From the NCBI GenBank assembly GCA_000004695.1, contig CM000152.2, positions 64,001 through 128,000 on the forward strand: a stretch of 64,000 nucleotides of DNA, given 5' to 3'. Below the pieces are notes generated by a model that saw nothing but the letters and a program-made list of their open reading frames with translations, searched no databases and had not been told where the DNA came from. The translations under genes were made by a program, and so were the position numbers. Below, piece by piece: positions 24,368-35,769 of the stretch; the stretch's first letter is position 1; every line of letters starts with the position of its first letter. Source of the stretch: Dictyostelium discoideum (Eukaryota).

Positions 24368-27113
24368 ATGCCATCAATTAATGAAAATGAAGATATTATT
24401 AATAAATTAAAGATGTCAACGATAACAGATGATATTATTATTCAACCAAGTATTGATGATTTACCATATGAAGAAGATGTTTCAAAGAATCCATACTCTG
24501 TTAATTGTTGGTTAAGATATTTAGAGTTTAAACAAGGTTCACCACAAAAACAAAGAAATTATATATATGAAAGAGCCATTAGAGAATTACCAAGAAGTTA
24601 TAAAATTTGGCATCAATATCTATTAGAAAGAACTTTAGCAATTAGAGGTAAATGTATTTTAGAAAATTCATTTGAGGCTGTAAATACATTATTTGAAAGA
24701 TCTTTAGTATTTTTAGATAAGGTAAATATTTATTATTTATTAATTTGAAATTTTAATAAATTTATTAATTTATTAATTTTTAAAATTTTATTTATTTTTT
24801 ATATAAAAAAAAAAAAATAGATGCCAAGAATTTGGATTGAATATTGCGAATTTTTAATGATACAAGAAAAGATAACATTAACTAGAAAAACATTTGATAG
24901 AGCATTAATAGCATTACCAGTTACACAACATTATAGAATTTGGAATGAATATACTAAATTCATATTGAAGAGATCTATACCATCATTAACATGTATTAGA
25001 GTTTATAAGAGATACTTAAAGATTCAACCAGAGAAAGTTGAAGAGTATATTGAATATTTAATAAAGATTAAAGAGTGGCAAGAAGTTGTCAATCAATTAA
25101 TTAAACTATTGGATAATGTTAAATTTAAATCGATTAAAGGTAAGAGTCGTCATGATCATTGGTTACAACTTTGTGAAATTCTATCATCATATCCAAAACA
25201 GATTACAGGTGTAGATGTAGATTCAGTGATTAGAAGTGGTATTGGCAAATTCAGTGATCAAATTGGTAAACTTTGGTGTTATCTATCAGATTATTACATT
25301 CAATTGGCACAATTTGAAAAGGCAAGAGACATTTTCGAAGAGGCATTAACATCGGTTGGAACAGCAAGAGATTTCAGTTTTATTTGGGAATCCTATACAC
25401 AATTTGAGGATTCATTAATCGCAGCAAAACAAGAGATACTAGAAGAGGATCCATCCGAAGATAATCTATTGGAATTTGATATTATCATTGAACGTTATGA
25501 AAATTTAATTCAACGTCAACCTTTATTATTGAATTCTGTAATGTTAAAACAAAATCCAAATAATGTTCAAGAATGGTTAAAACGTGTTAACCTATACTCT
25601 AATCCAACTCCAAATGTTAAAATGATCATTCAAACTTTTACTGATTCAATTAAATCAATTGATCCACAACTTGCAAAAGGTAAACTTTCAACTATCTATT
25701 CAACTTTTGCTCATTTCTATGAACAAAATAATAAATTATCTCAAGCTCGTTTAATATTTGAAAATTCTTTAACTGTAAATTTTAAAACAATTGATGATTT
25801 ATCAACATTATATTGTGATTATGCTGAAATGGAATTAAAACATAGGTAAATTATTTTATTTTTATAATATATTTAAATAAATATATATATATATGTATAT
25901 TAATATATTTTTTTTTTTTTTTTTTTTTTATTAAAATAGAAATTATGAAAAAGCAATTGAAATTTTAAAAAGAGGTACAGTTTCACCAAAAAAACAAAAT
26001 ACAATAATTGAAGAGAATGAACCAGTTCAAAAGAGATTATTTAAATCAATTAAAATTTGGACATTTTATGTTGATTTAGAAGAATCATTTGGAACTTTTC
26101 ATAATACAAAATCAATTTATGAAAAGATGATTCAATTAAAAGTGGTTACACCACAAATTATTTTAAACTTTGCAAAGTATTTAGAAGAGAATAAATATTT
26201 TGAAGATATGTTTAAAGCTTATGAACATGGTGTACAATTATTCCTATTTCCACATGTTCAAGATATTTGGATCACTTATTTAACCAAATTCATTCAAAGA
26301 TATGCCGGTATGAAATTGGAGCGTACTCGTGACCTATTCGAACAGGTTCTATCAAAAGTACCACCAAAAGAATCGATTATCTTTTATTTAATGTATGCAA
26401 ACTTTGAAGAACAATATGGTTTAGCGCGTCATTCAATGGCTGTCTATGATCGTGCAGCTAAATCTGTCGATAAAGAAGATAGATTCAAAATGTACTTGTT
26501 ATATATTCATCGTGCTTCAGAATTCTTTGGTGTTAACCAAACTCGTGAAATCTTTTCAAAAGCAATCGAACAATTACCAGATCAATACGTTCGTGATATG
26601 TGTCTTAAATTCGCTGATATGGAAAAGAAATATGGTGAAATTGATCGTGCTCGTTCTATCTACATTCATGGTTCTCAATTCTCTGATCCAAGAACTTCAA
26701 TGTTTTATTGGAATACTTGGAGTGATTTCGAAAAATTACATGGTAATGAAGATACATTCAAAGAAATGTTAAGAATTCGTAGATCTGTTCAAGCAAGTTA
26801 TATTACTCAAAATCCAACTTTAGCTTTATTAAATAAATTAAATAATAAAGATGATAAAGATGATAAAAATCAACAACAAAAACAACAACAACAACAACAA
26901 GAAAAACAACAACAACAGCAACAGCAACAACAACAAGCATCTACTTTAACCAAATCAAAACCTGTCACTGTTTCACTACCAGAAACAATTCAATATAATA
27001 AGAAAATCGAAAATGATGATGAAATTAATTTAGATGATGATGAAGAAGAGGAAGAGGAAGAAGATCAACTAGCAATTAAAGCTTTTCCAAAAACATTATT
27101 GAAAATAATATAA
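24368..27113 (+). CDS. Pre-mRNA splicing factor SYF1 / XAB2 (HAT-repeat protein), ~850 aa; exons 24368..24721, 24821..25845, 25940..27113
   Basis: Extensive colinearity with human XAB2 from memory: NPYSVNCWLRYLEFKQGSP ~ NPFSVKCWLRYIEFKQGAP; MPRIWIEYCEFLMIQEKITLTRKTFDRALIALPVTQHYRIW ~ MPRLWLDYCQFLMDQGRVTHTRRTFDRALRALPITQHSRIW; GKLWCYLSDYYIQLAQFEKARDIFEEA ~ GKLWCSLADYYIRSGHFEKARDVYEEA; VTPQIILNFAKYLEENKYFEDMFKAYEHGVQLF ~ ATPQIVINYAMFLEEHKYFEESFKAYERGISLF. Donors are AAG|GTAAAT and AG|GTAAAT (phase 2), and acceptors are aaaaaaatag| and aaaatag|. Codons are rejoined as ...HR|NYEK. Confidence 0.85.
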
Positions 27114-27595
27114 AATAAAATAAAAAATTTTAATCATCACTTTTTTTTTGTTTTTTTTAACATTATACAAAAATATTATAAATAGTAATAATAATAATAA
27201 TTAAAAAAACTAAAGATAAATATTTATTTCTTAAATAAACTGGTATTAAAAAAAAAAAAAAAAAAAAAAAATCCAGTATAAAGTTAAATCTTATTTTTTT
27301 ATTTTAATAAACAATTGTGTTCCAGTTGCTGAATTACCACCAATATCTTTACATAAAGATAAAATATTGTGGTTGTGGTAATTATAAAAATAATTATTAA
27401 TTTTTAATTACAATGACTGTATCAATTTTTTTTTTTTTTTAATATTAATAAAAAAAATTAAATAGAAAATCAATACACTCATATCCTATTAATAAATAAA
27501 ATAAAAATTATTTTATTTTTAATTTATAAATTTTATTATCGTTAATATATTTTTTTTTTTTTTTTATTATTATTTTTTTTTTTTTTTTTCACATT

Positions 27596-27975
27596 TTAAT
27601 AACGTGGCAAATAAAATGGTTTGATGTACTGATGAAAAGCAATATCTCTATCAGTAATAGTTTTTCTTTTTCCATGAGCAGCCATTATAGCACAATCGGT
27701 CATTATAATATTCATGTAGCATTCAAAAGCAGTACGAAGAGCATGAATAGCACCGACACTCATTCTATAGCTTTTAGGATCGGTCCAAGCCCACAAAATC
27801 TGTCTTTTGATTTCTCTCAAAACTAAATTTCTTCTCTTAATTGGTTTTTGGGGATCATTAAAAGCTGGAGGTGAAACTGTTGGTCATCAGAAGATAATGG
27901 TGATAATGATGATGGTGATAATTGTTGATGGAAAGATCTCTGTAATCTTTTTTGCCTGCCCCTTGTTGGATTCAT
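27596..27975 (-). CDS. Histone H3-like histone-fold protein; 5' region frame-disrupted (possible divergent H3 variant or pseudogene)
   Basis: Minus-strand frame (27882..27596) reads ...KPIKRRNLVLREIKRQILWAWTDPKSYRMSVGAIHALRTAFECYMNIIMTDCAIMAAHGKRKTITDRDIAFHQYIKP. This aligns to H3 alphaN ([20 protein letters not shown]) and to alpha2-alpha3 ([46 protein letters not shown]). About 21 residues corresponding to the alpha1 helix are absent. An ATG at 27975 opens a different frame (MNPTRGRQKRLQRSFHQQLSPSSLSPLSSDDQQ..., an H3-tail-like basic N-terminus) that runs into a stop. The histone-fold frame has no start codon of its own. Confidence 0.45.
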
Positions 27976-29232
27976 TTTTTATTTTTTTTTTTTTGTAAAT
28001 AAAATTCCTTTATTTATTTTTTTTTTTTATTATTTTTTTTTTTTTTATTATTTTGTTATTTTTTTTATAATTATTATTTTTATAATTATTCCCATTGAAA
28101 TCTAAAATTTGAACTAATGAAAAAAAGAAATGTTTTTCATATTTTTATATCTTTTTTTTTTTTTATATCGAGAAAAAATTAAAAAATGTTTAAATAAAAA
28201 AGATTTTTGGTAGTTTTTTTTTAATGATGTTCCTTGAAATTTTTATTATATTAACACTTGTCATATTATTATTAACACTTGTCATTTTTATTATTTTTTT
28301 TATTTTTATTTTTTTATTTTCTTTTTTTTTTTCCCAATGGGCCAAAAGACTTTAAAAAAAAAAGATAATTAATTTTATTTAAAATAAAAATCAATTATCA
28401 GCTATGATTTTTGAAATTATTTTATTTTAAAATAATATTTTCTACTTATTATTATTTTTTTTAATTGATTATCACCACAATGACTGTTGTCAAACATCAC
28501 TGGTCCAAATCTCTGGTGGATTTAGTGATTGAAATGGCGAAAATGTCCAAACCATACATTTTCTATAATCTGAAACTGTTGCAGCAAATATGTCTACCAT
28601 CTTTTGACCATTTGATACTGTAAATTGATTTTGAATGTGCTCATTTAATTGAATGTATTAATTTTGGTGTTGTTGTTCTTTTGTTACTTATATCATCAGA
28701 ATCATCCTCCATAAGCTCATAAGATATTGGTTCCATATTCTATAATTTTATATTTTAATCTCCACCACATGTAGCTAATCTTTTACCATCAGGGTAGTAA
28801 TAAATAAAAATATAGGTGTTGCTATTTGATTTTATTGAAAATAGAAAAAGATTGGAAAATTATAATTTCATATTTTTGTTAGTTTTTTTTTTTAATTCCA
28901 TTTAGCATTATGATAAACCCAATAAGGTTTTAGAATTATCATTGATATTTGTGAAAAATGATTAAAAAAAAAAAAAAAAAAAAAACATTTCAAATAAATA
29001 TCAAATACACACGTGTGTACCATTAAATAAAATAAATATTTAAAAAAAAAAAAAAAGAAAAAAAAAAAAATAAAAAAAAAAAAGCAAACCAATTTTGATT
29101 TGAGTTGTTTAGAAAATTAAAAATCTACAACAACCGTTAGTTATATAAATATTATTATTTTATTTTTATTTTTATTTTATTTTTATTTTTATTTATTTAC
29201 AAAAGAGTCTATATATATATGAATTATAAAAA

Positions 29233-29829
29233 TTATTGTATAATACATTTTGAAGTATTCGATGTTGTTGTTGTTGGATCATTTAAAACACCATCTTTAC
29301 AATATAAATGACAACGTACTACCTGTTTAAATATTTCATTAACACCCTGATTACAAAGTGAAGAACATTCTAAATACATAGTTGCTTTAATTTCTTTTGA
29401 TAATGCTAAACCTTGTTTATATGAAATTGGTGGCATTTGATTATTTTCTTTTAATAAATTTATAGTATTTTCATCTTCACGTAAATCACATTTTGTTCCT
29501 AATAAAATGATTGGTGTATGAATTGATGGTGCATATTGTCTAATTTCAGGTATCCATTTTTTTGAAACATTTTCAAATGATGTTGGTGAATCAATTGAAA
29601 AACATAATATAATCACATTAGTATTTGGATAGGTTGATGGACGAGTATTATCAAATTCTGCCAATGCTGATGAATCCCAAAATCCAACATGACATACTTG
29701 TTTATTATATTCTATATCTAATGAAGTTGCATCAACATGTGATGGTACATAACCTGTTGGAAATGAACCTGTTGAATATGTCATCATCATTGTAGTTTTT
29801 CCAGTTTTACTATCACCTAATACTAATAA
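29233..29829 (-). CDS. Atypical Rho-family small GTPase (Rac-like) lacking the catalytic Gly/Gln of the G3 motif; main exon, small 5' exon unresolved
   Basis: Translation is LLVLGDSKTGKTTMMMTYSTGSFPTGYVPSHVDATSLDIEYNKQVCHVGFWDSSALAEFDNTRPSTYPNTNVIILCFSIDSPTSFENVSKKWIPEIRQYAPSIHTPIILLGTKCDLRED...YLECSSLCNQGVNEIF...SKCIIQ. It has G1 GxxxxGKT, G4 TKCD, G5 ECSSL and a CAAX box (CIIQ), and is colinear with Rac1. G3 is WDSSALAE instead of WDTAGQE. An acceptor (tataaag|) precedes the exon. A candidate ATGCAAAAG mini-exon at 29925-29933 lacks a canonical GT donor. Confidence 0.65.
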   Translation of the reverse strand, partial: LLVLGDSKTGKTTMMMTYSTGSFPTGYVPSHVDATSLDIEYNKQVCHVGFWDSSALAEFDNTRPSTYPNTNVIILCFSIDSPTSFENVSKKWIPEIRQYAPSIHTPIILLGTKCDLREDENTINLLKENNQMPPISYKQGLALSKEIKATMYLECSSLCNQGVNEIFKQVVRCHLYCKDGVLNDPTTTTSNTSKCIIQ

Positions 29830-30140
29830 CTTTATATATGATCTTATATAAATATTACATTTTAAAATTACTATATAATTAGTAAATTTTAAATGATAAA
29901 CTAATAAAAATAATAATAATATTACTTTTGCATTGTTTAAATTTCTTGTTTAAATTAAAAAAAAAAAAAAGTAAAAAATTAAAATTAAAAAAAATAAAAA
30001 AAAAAACACAAAGAAACGAAAAAAAAAAAAAATTAAATTAAAAATAAAAAATCTTCTTTGAAAATATCCAACTCACTTTTCAAAATAAAAAATTTTTAAT
30101 AGAAATAAAAAAAAAGCCAGTAATAAAATAATTTTCCAAC

Positions 30141-30453
30141 GTTCAAAAAAGCTATTTTTAAACTTCAATTCTTTTTTAAAAAAAACAAAATTTAAAAAAA
30201 AAATTTGTGTTTATTTTTTTGAAAAAAAATGCATTTAAAAATAAAATTAAAAAAAAAGAAAAAAATAATAATGATGATGATAAAAATGATCCAAAAAAAC
30301 AGCTATTTTTAAACTTCAATTCTTTTTTAAAAACAAAATTTAAAAAAAAAATTAAATTTAAGTGTTTACTTTTTTGAAAAAAATGCATTTAAAAATAAAA
30401 TTAAAAAAAAAGAAAAAAATAATAATGATGATGATAATAATGATCCAATAAAA
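30141..30453. repeat. Tandem duplication of a ~155-bp AT-rich unit (2 copies)
   Basis: 30141..30299 and 30300..30453 are near-identical (agctatttttaaacttcaattcttttttaaaaa...aatgcatttaaaaataaaattaaaaaaaaagaaaaaaataataatgatgatgata...aatgatccaa). The region is intergenic. Confidence 0.8.
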
Positions 30454-30750
30454 AAAAAAGTTATTTTTTATTTTTTATTTTTTTTATTCCCTTCTCAATA
30501 ATATTATAAAAAAATTTCAAAAGAGCCCAACAATGGATTAAGAATAAGATTTAGAGTTGGTTAAAAGAAAAATAAGTTTTCAAAAAATTGATTTAATTTT
30601 TATTTTTTTTTTTTTTTTTAATTTTTTTTTTTTTTTTTTTTTACAAAATTTTTGGAATTCATGGTATAAAAACACACTTTTTTTTTTTTTTTTTTTTAAT
30701 TTGTTCTAGATTTCTTTGCGATATAAAGTGGCAAAATAAAACAAAACAAA

Positions 30751-30811
30751 ATGAGTCAAAAAAGTGTGTGCGTTACTTATTTATTATGGCTATTTTTTGG
30801 GTAAAAAAGTT

Positions 30812-30843
<32 letters not shown>

Positions 30844-31218
30844 TTGTTTATTATATAAATTCCTTGTTTTTTTTTTTTTTTTTATCCATATAGATTGTTT
30901 GGGTAAGTTCATTAAAAATAAAAAAAAACCAATTATTATGGCATAGTATTAGTATTAACAACCACCTATTTTTTTATTTATATAGTATCCATAGATTTTA
31001 TCTAAATCGTCCATGTAGTGGAGTTTTATATCTTTTCACATGTGGCTGCTTTTTTATTGGTAAATAAATAATAATAAAAAATTAATATAATTTAATGTAT
31101 TTTAAAAAAAAAAAAAATTAAACTCTTTATTCTATTTTATTAACATACAGGATGGTTCATTGATATTTGTTTAATTCCTGGAATGGTTGAAGATTATAAT
31201 GCAAAAGTAAGTTTTAGC

Positions 31219-31253
<35 letters not shown>

Positions 31254-31592
31254 AAAGTACACATTGATTTGATATACTAATATTTTTTATTTATAAAAAA
31301 AAAAAAAAAAAAAATATAGTATGACTCAATGAATAAAACAACAACAACAGTAACTCAAGTTGTTGTTCAACCAGTTTACCAAGGTTCACCACAACAACAA
31401 CCATACGGTGCCCCACCACAACAACCATACGGTGCTCCACCACAACAACCATACGGTGCTCCACCACAACAACCATACGGTGCTCCACCACAACAACCAT
31501 ACGGTGCTCCACCACCACAACCATATGGTGCTCCACCACCAGGCGCATATGCTCCACAAGGCAATTACCCACCACCATATGGTCCACAATAA
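30751..31592 (+). CDS. TM2-domain protein with PQ-rich repeat tail, ~151 aa; exons 30751..30800, 30986..31059, 31151..31206, 31320..31592
   Basis: The spliced product is MSQKSVCVTYLLWLFFG-IHRFYLNRPCSGVLYLFTCGCFFIG-GWFIDICLIPGMVEDYNAK-YDSMNKTTTTVTQVVVQPVYQGSPQQQPYGAPPQQPYGAP(x6)...GPQ. The HRFYL...GGWFIDI core matches the TM2 domain consensus (G.DRFYLG...G.GIW.LID.I). Donors are GG|GTAAAA, G|GTAAAT and AAA|GTAAGT, all acceptors are T-rich ...tag/cag|, and phases are consistent (2,1,0). The C-terminal tail is 6 tandem PQQPYGAP units. Confidence 0.5.
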
Positions 31593-31738
31593 AGTAAAAC
31601 TATTTATTTCAAATAAAAAAAAAAATAAATAATGATAATAATAAAAATAATATGAAAAATTAAATAAAATATTATTTAAATAAAAAAAAAAAAAAAAATG
31701 TTCAAATTAAAAATATTGGATATTTTCAGATTTTCAGG

Positions 31739-31790
<52 letters not shown>

Positions 31791-31819
31791 AAAATTTAAT
31801 TTGTGAAAAAAAAAAAAAA

Positions 31820-32613
31820 ATGACATCAAAACATAGAAATACAAATAAAAATAAGAAAAGTAATCAAAATTTAAGTAACAATAGTAGTCATAATGATGAA
31901 TTATGTAGTGGTGGTAGTAGTAGTAGTATCAATAATAGTAATAGTAGTTTAGATGATGTTAAGAACAAAGGAGAGATATTTCAATCTATAAATAACATTT
32001 TCAATGAATTTAATAAACAAGAAAAAGAAAGAAATGATATAGCTAGAATACCACATAAGATTTGGGATAATTATTGGGTAAAAAAAAGTATAAGAACCAT
32101 TGAAATTATATTTTGGATTTCATTAGGTTTAGGTACTGCTTATTATACTGATTTGGTTAATGTAATTTTATATAGTGAAATTATTAAAAGGTAAAAAAAA
32201 AAAAATTTTATTTTATTTATTTTCTAAATAATATAATACTAATAATAATATTTATTATTATTATTTTTAGATTATATTTTAATATTGGAATTGTTGGATT
32301 AGTTGGATTTATTTCAATTTATATTTATTGTGGTTATTTCTCAAAAGTTGATGTAAAAAAGAATGATGATGATTGGGAAAAGGTTCACCCAAAATTAATT
32401 CCATTTGCAACAATTTTTTTAGTAATTTTTTCTTTTGGGTAATTATTATTTATTATTTAGTTTAAAAATTTATTTATCTTTTAAAATTTATTAATTTCTT
32501 TTTTTTTTATTTTATTAAATTATAGCATAATGATAGGGTGTTGGCCAGTTTGGGGATTTTTAACACCACTTTTTTTATTTATTTATTTCGCATCTATATC
32601 TTATATAATTTAG
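31820..32613 (+). CDS. Small multi-pass membrane protein of unknown function, ~208 aa; exons 31820..32190, 32271..32438, 32526..32613
   Basis: An N-terminal Asn/Ser-rich region is followed by 4 predicted hydrophobic helices (IIFWISLGLGTAYYTDLVNVILY; IGIVGLVGFISIYIYCGYF; LIPFATIFLVIFSFG; IMIGCWPVWGFLTPLFLFIYFASISYII). Donors are AG|GTAAAA and GG|GTAATT, and acceptors are ttatttttag| and tttatag|. Phases are consistent. Confidence 0.4.
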
Positions 32614-32862
32614 AAAAGAGAGTATAAAAATAAAAAATAATTGAATAATAATTTAGAAAAAAAAAAAAAAAATTAAAGAATTTTTATTATTTTATTATTT
32701 TGGTTTTTTTAAAGTGAATTTTAAAATCACCTATTAAAAAAAAAAAAAAAAAAAGAAAAAAGAAAAAAAAAAAAATAATGATACTATTATATGAAATATT
32801 TCATATAATTTTTAAAATATAATTTTTTTTTTTTTTAATTTATATTTATATATTTATATAAA

Positions 32863-33960
32863 TTATTGACGATAATGATTTGTATCAAATAATAAAGATA
32901 CACCATGAGCTATATCCAAAACCAATTCATAAGTTAAAAACATGATACAAGAATTTGGAACTACACGAATGATATGTGGACCAGCACCACCAAATAAACC
33001 TCTTATACCTTCTTCTCTTGCGATTAAAGTTAAACCTTGAATGACACCAGTATATTTTGATTTTACACCTGGTTTAGTTTGTTCACGTAAACGAGTTCTA
33101 ACTACTTCATGAGGATAGGTTGTGATTGCAGCAATTAATTTAGCAATACCAGCAGATATTAAATATTCACTTGTTGATAATTCATTTGGATTTTCGTAAC
33201 CTTTTAAACGTTTTTCAGTGATGATACGATTCTTAAAGCCTTCATAGAGTACGAATTGGAAAGCACTCTCTGAGACTGAAATCAATGATGCACCCAATCC
33301 CTTGTAGAAACCCAATGGTCCCTCTTCTCTGAGAATCGATAGACAACAATGGAACATACCACGATATTGAGTACCCTCATTGAAATTCTTTAATGAGGTT
33401 TGTAATTGCATACGTGTTTTAATTAACCAAATGGGTGAAGTTGTAATTGCAACTGCTGCACCCGAACTAACGGCACTTGTAATCCAAAGTATTGGTCCAT
33501 CAGTGTATCCAAGTTTATTCATTATTGATTTGGTAAAACTATAACTACTGAAATGAATCGCTCTCGCTGGTGCAACACCTAATAAATGGGCCCCCAACCC
33601 TTTCCAAAGTCCACTCTTACCATCTCTTTTCACTAAATGATATAATGAATATGCTGTAGTTGGCACAAATCTTGGTTTATCTTTAACTAATAAATTGGAA
33701 TTCTTTGCTTGTAATTGAGTTTTTATAACTTCTAATGGTGATGTGCATATAACTCCTGCTGCTCCACCAATACCACCTGCTATAAAATGTAATAATGCAT
33801 TCTTTGATCTTTTTTTTCTATTATTATTATTATTATTATTATTGATATTATTATTATTATTTTGTATATTTATTATATTATTTATATTATTTAAATTATT
33901 GGGTATTTGAATTGAATTTGGAACTGATAAAGTTGTATAATTTATAAAAGTGGGAAACAT
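32863..33960 (-). CDS. Mitochondrial carrier family (SLC25) protein, 365 aa, single exon; closest resemblance to pyrimidine-nucleotide carriers (Rim2/SLC25A33/36)
   Basis: Three tandem Px[DE]xx[KR]xxLQ-type repeats are present: HFIAGGIGGAAGVICTSPLEVIKTQLQ; SAVSSGAAVAITTSPIWLIKTRMQLQ; ISAGIAKLIAAITTYPHEVVRTRLREQ. Each is followed by G..KG motifs (GLWKGLGAHL, GFYKGLGASL, GLFGGAGPHI). The N-terminal 50 aa is poly-Asn. Confidence 0.8.
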   Translation of the reverse strand: MFPTFINYTTLSVPNSIQIPNNLNNINNIINIQNNNNNINNNNNNNNRKKRSKNALLHFIAGGIGGAAGVICTSPLEVIKTQLQAKNSNLLVKDKPRFVPTTAYSLYHLVKRDGKSGLWKGLGAHLLGVAPARAIHFSSYSFTKSIMNKLGYTDGPILWITSAVSSGAAVAITTSPIWLIKTRMQLQTSLKNFNEGTQYRGMFHCCLSILREEGPLGFYKGLGASLISVSESAFQFVLYEGFKNRIITEKRLKGYENPNELSTSEYLISAGIAKLIAAITTYPHEVVRTRLREQTKPGVKSKYTGVIQGLTLIAREEGIRGLFGGAGPHIIRVVPNSCIMFLTYELVLDIAHGVSLLFDTNHYRQ

Positions 33961-34282
33961 TTTATATATTTATTTTATAATTTTTTATTTTTTATTTTTA
34001 TTTTATTTTTTTTTTTTATTCTCAAGAATATTTATTGAAATCGGTCGTTTATTATAATTATAATTAAAAAACGAGTAAAAAAAAAATAAAAAAAATAAAA
34101 AAAATAAAAAGTTCGTTTTTTGATTTTTTTTAAAATTTTGACGAGAAAAAAAAAAAAATAATAATAAAATAATATAAAAAAAATACTTTTTCATATGACG
34201 ATAAAAATATGTGTGTGGTTTTTAATTTTTATTAATTTTCAAATTTTCTCTTTATTTATTTATATCTAGATATTTTTATATT

Positions 34283-34319
<37 letters not shown>

Positions 34320-34598
34320 TTTATTTTTGTAATTTTTTTATTTTTTTTATTTTTACACATTTTTAATTAATATTCAAAATAATATATTAATTAATACTTT
34401 TATTTTTTTTTTTTTCCACCAAATAATTATTTGTTATTTTTTTTTTTTTTAAATTTATTCACACACACACACAGAATAAATATATAATAAAAATATGCAA
34501 GAAAAAAAAAAAAGAAATAATTATATATTAATTTATTAAAAATAGTTGATGGTGGTAATTTGAAAATCAAGAAATTTTAATTTTTAAGTGAATTTTAT

Positions 34599-35531
34599 TT
34601 AAATTTCTTCTTCAGGGTAATCACCAACTAAAACATTTTTTGGTTTTGCAAAACAACCATATTTTGGAGAACATTGAAAGTATTGTTTACCTTTAACGGA
34701 ACCATCATTTTTACCTAATGGTAAATCTAATTCTACACCAATCCAAACACCTGAACTAAATTCAACAGTACCAACATATTGAACTTTACCTAATCTTTCA
34801 TCATAGTTTGTTGGATCATCTGAAATTACTTTACATCTATCACCAACTTTAATTTCAATTTCAGTATCAGTTGCATTGTTTGTTGTTGTTGTTGTTGCTG
34901 TTACTGTTGTTGCTGTTGTATCATTTTCTTTCTTTAATTGATTTTCTTCTTTCCACTTTTTATAAGTACCTTCACGTTTATTATAATCTTCTTCAGAAAT
35001 AACTGGTTTTGGTGCTTTTGAAATATCTTGTAATTCAGATACGAAATTATTTGGATCTTTATCAATGATATGAACATTCATACCATCTTTTGGTTCATAT
35101 GATCCTAATGTTTTATCATCATCATCGTCAATTTTACAAATATCATTCACTTTATTTTCATCACGTAAAATTAATTCCATATATTTTGGTTCTGTACCTA
35201 CAAATCTATATAACTATAAAAAATTAAAAAAATTAAAATTAAAAAAATTAATCCCATATATATTAGTTTTATATAAATTTATATTATTATTATTGTTGTT
35301 TTTAATTATTAATTATTATTAATTATTACTTACTTTTTCTTTAAAATCTTTTATTTTGAGATCAAGTGAAAAGTTTTTAAAATTGTTTGTTCCTAATGAT
35401 TCACCTGTTAAAACTGAATGTGTAATTTCTAATCTAACATTACCCTCTGGTGCTTTACCAACTGATATATCTTTACCATCACCAATAATATATTCTCTAA
35501 TTATTTCAAAATCACTTTTTGTTGAACTCAT
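34599..35531 (-). CDS. tbcB: Tubulin-folding cofactor B (N-terminal ubiquitin-like domain + C-terminal CAP-Gly), ~270 aa; exons 35531..35334 and 35213..34599
   Basis: The C-terminal GTVEFSSGVWIGVELDLPLGKNDGSVKGKQYFQCSPKYGCFAKPKNVLVGDYPEE is a canonical CAP-Gly domain (GKNDG..G..YF.C....G.F). The N-terminal exon has the Ubl pattern (VRLEITHSV...F...IKDFKEK). Donor AAA|GTAAGT, acceptor ttttttatag|, phase 0. Confidence 0.75.
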
Positions 35532-35728
35532 TCTCTTTTTTTTCTTTTGTGTATATTTGTTTTTGTTAAGGTATTTTTGGGAAAATAAAAAAAAAAAATA
35601 AAAAAAAAAAAATTATAAAAAAAACATAATTTTGAGAAGTCGAACAATTTTTTTATAAGAGACTAAAAAATCTGAAAAAAAAAAAAAAAAAAAAAATATA
35701 TTTTTAGAAAAAAAGTTTATTTATTTGT

Positions 35729-35764
<36 letters not shown>

Positions 35765-35769
35765 AAACA

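Noticed and set aside
28486-28662. Plus-strand 58-aa ORF MTVVKHHWSKSLVDLVIEMAKMSKPYIF…
   Set aside because: Its codon usage (CTG, GCG, GTC, TCC, CAC) is atypical for this genome. The opposite strand shows WD-repeat-like peptides with native codon bias, so the plus ORF is most likely the antisense shadow of a decayed gene fragment.
31291-31632. Four overlapping ORFs (31291..31587 -, 31360..31632 +, 31376..31564 -, 31386..31589 -) over the PQQPYGAP repeat
   Set aside because: Any tandem 24-nt repeat is open in several frames. Only the +1 frame (31320..31592) splices coherently to the TM2-domain exons upstream.
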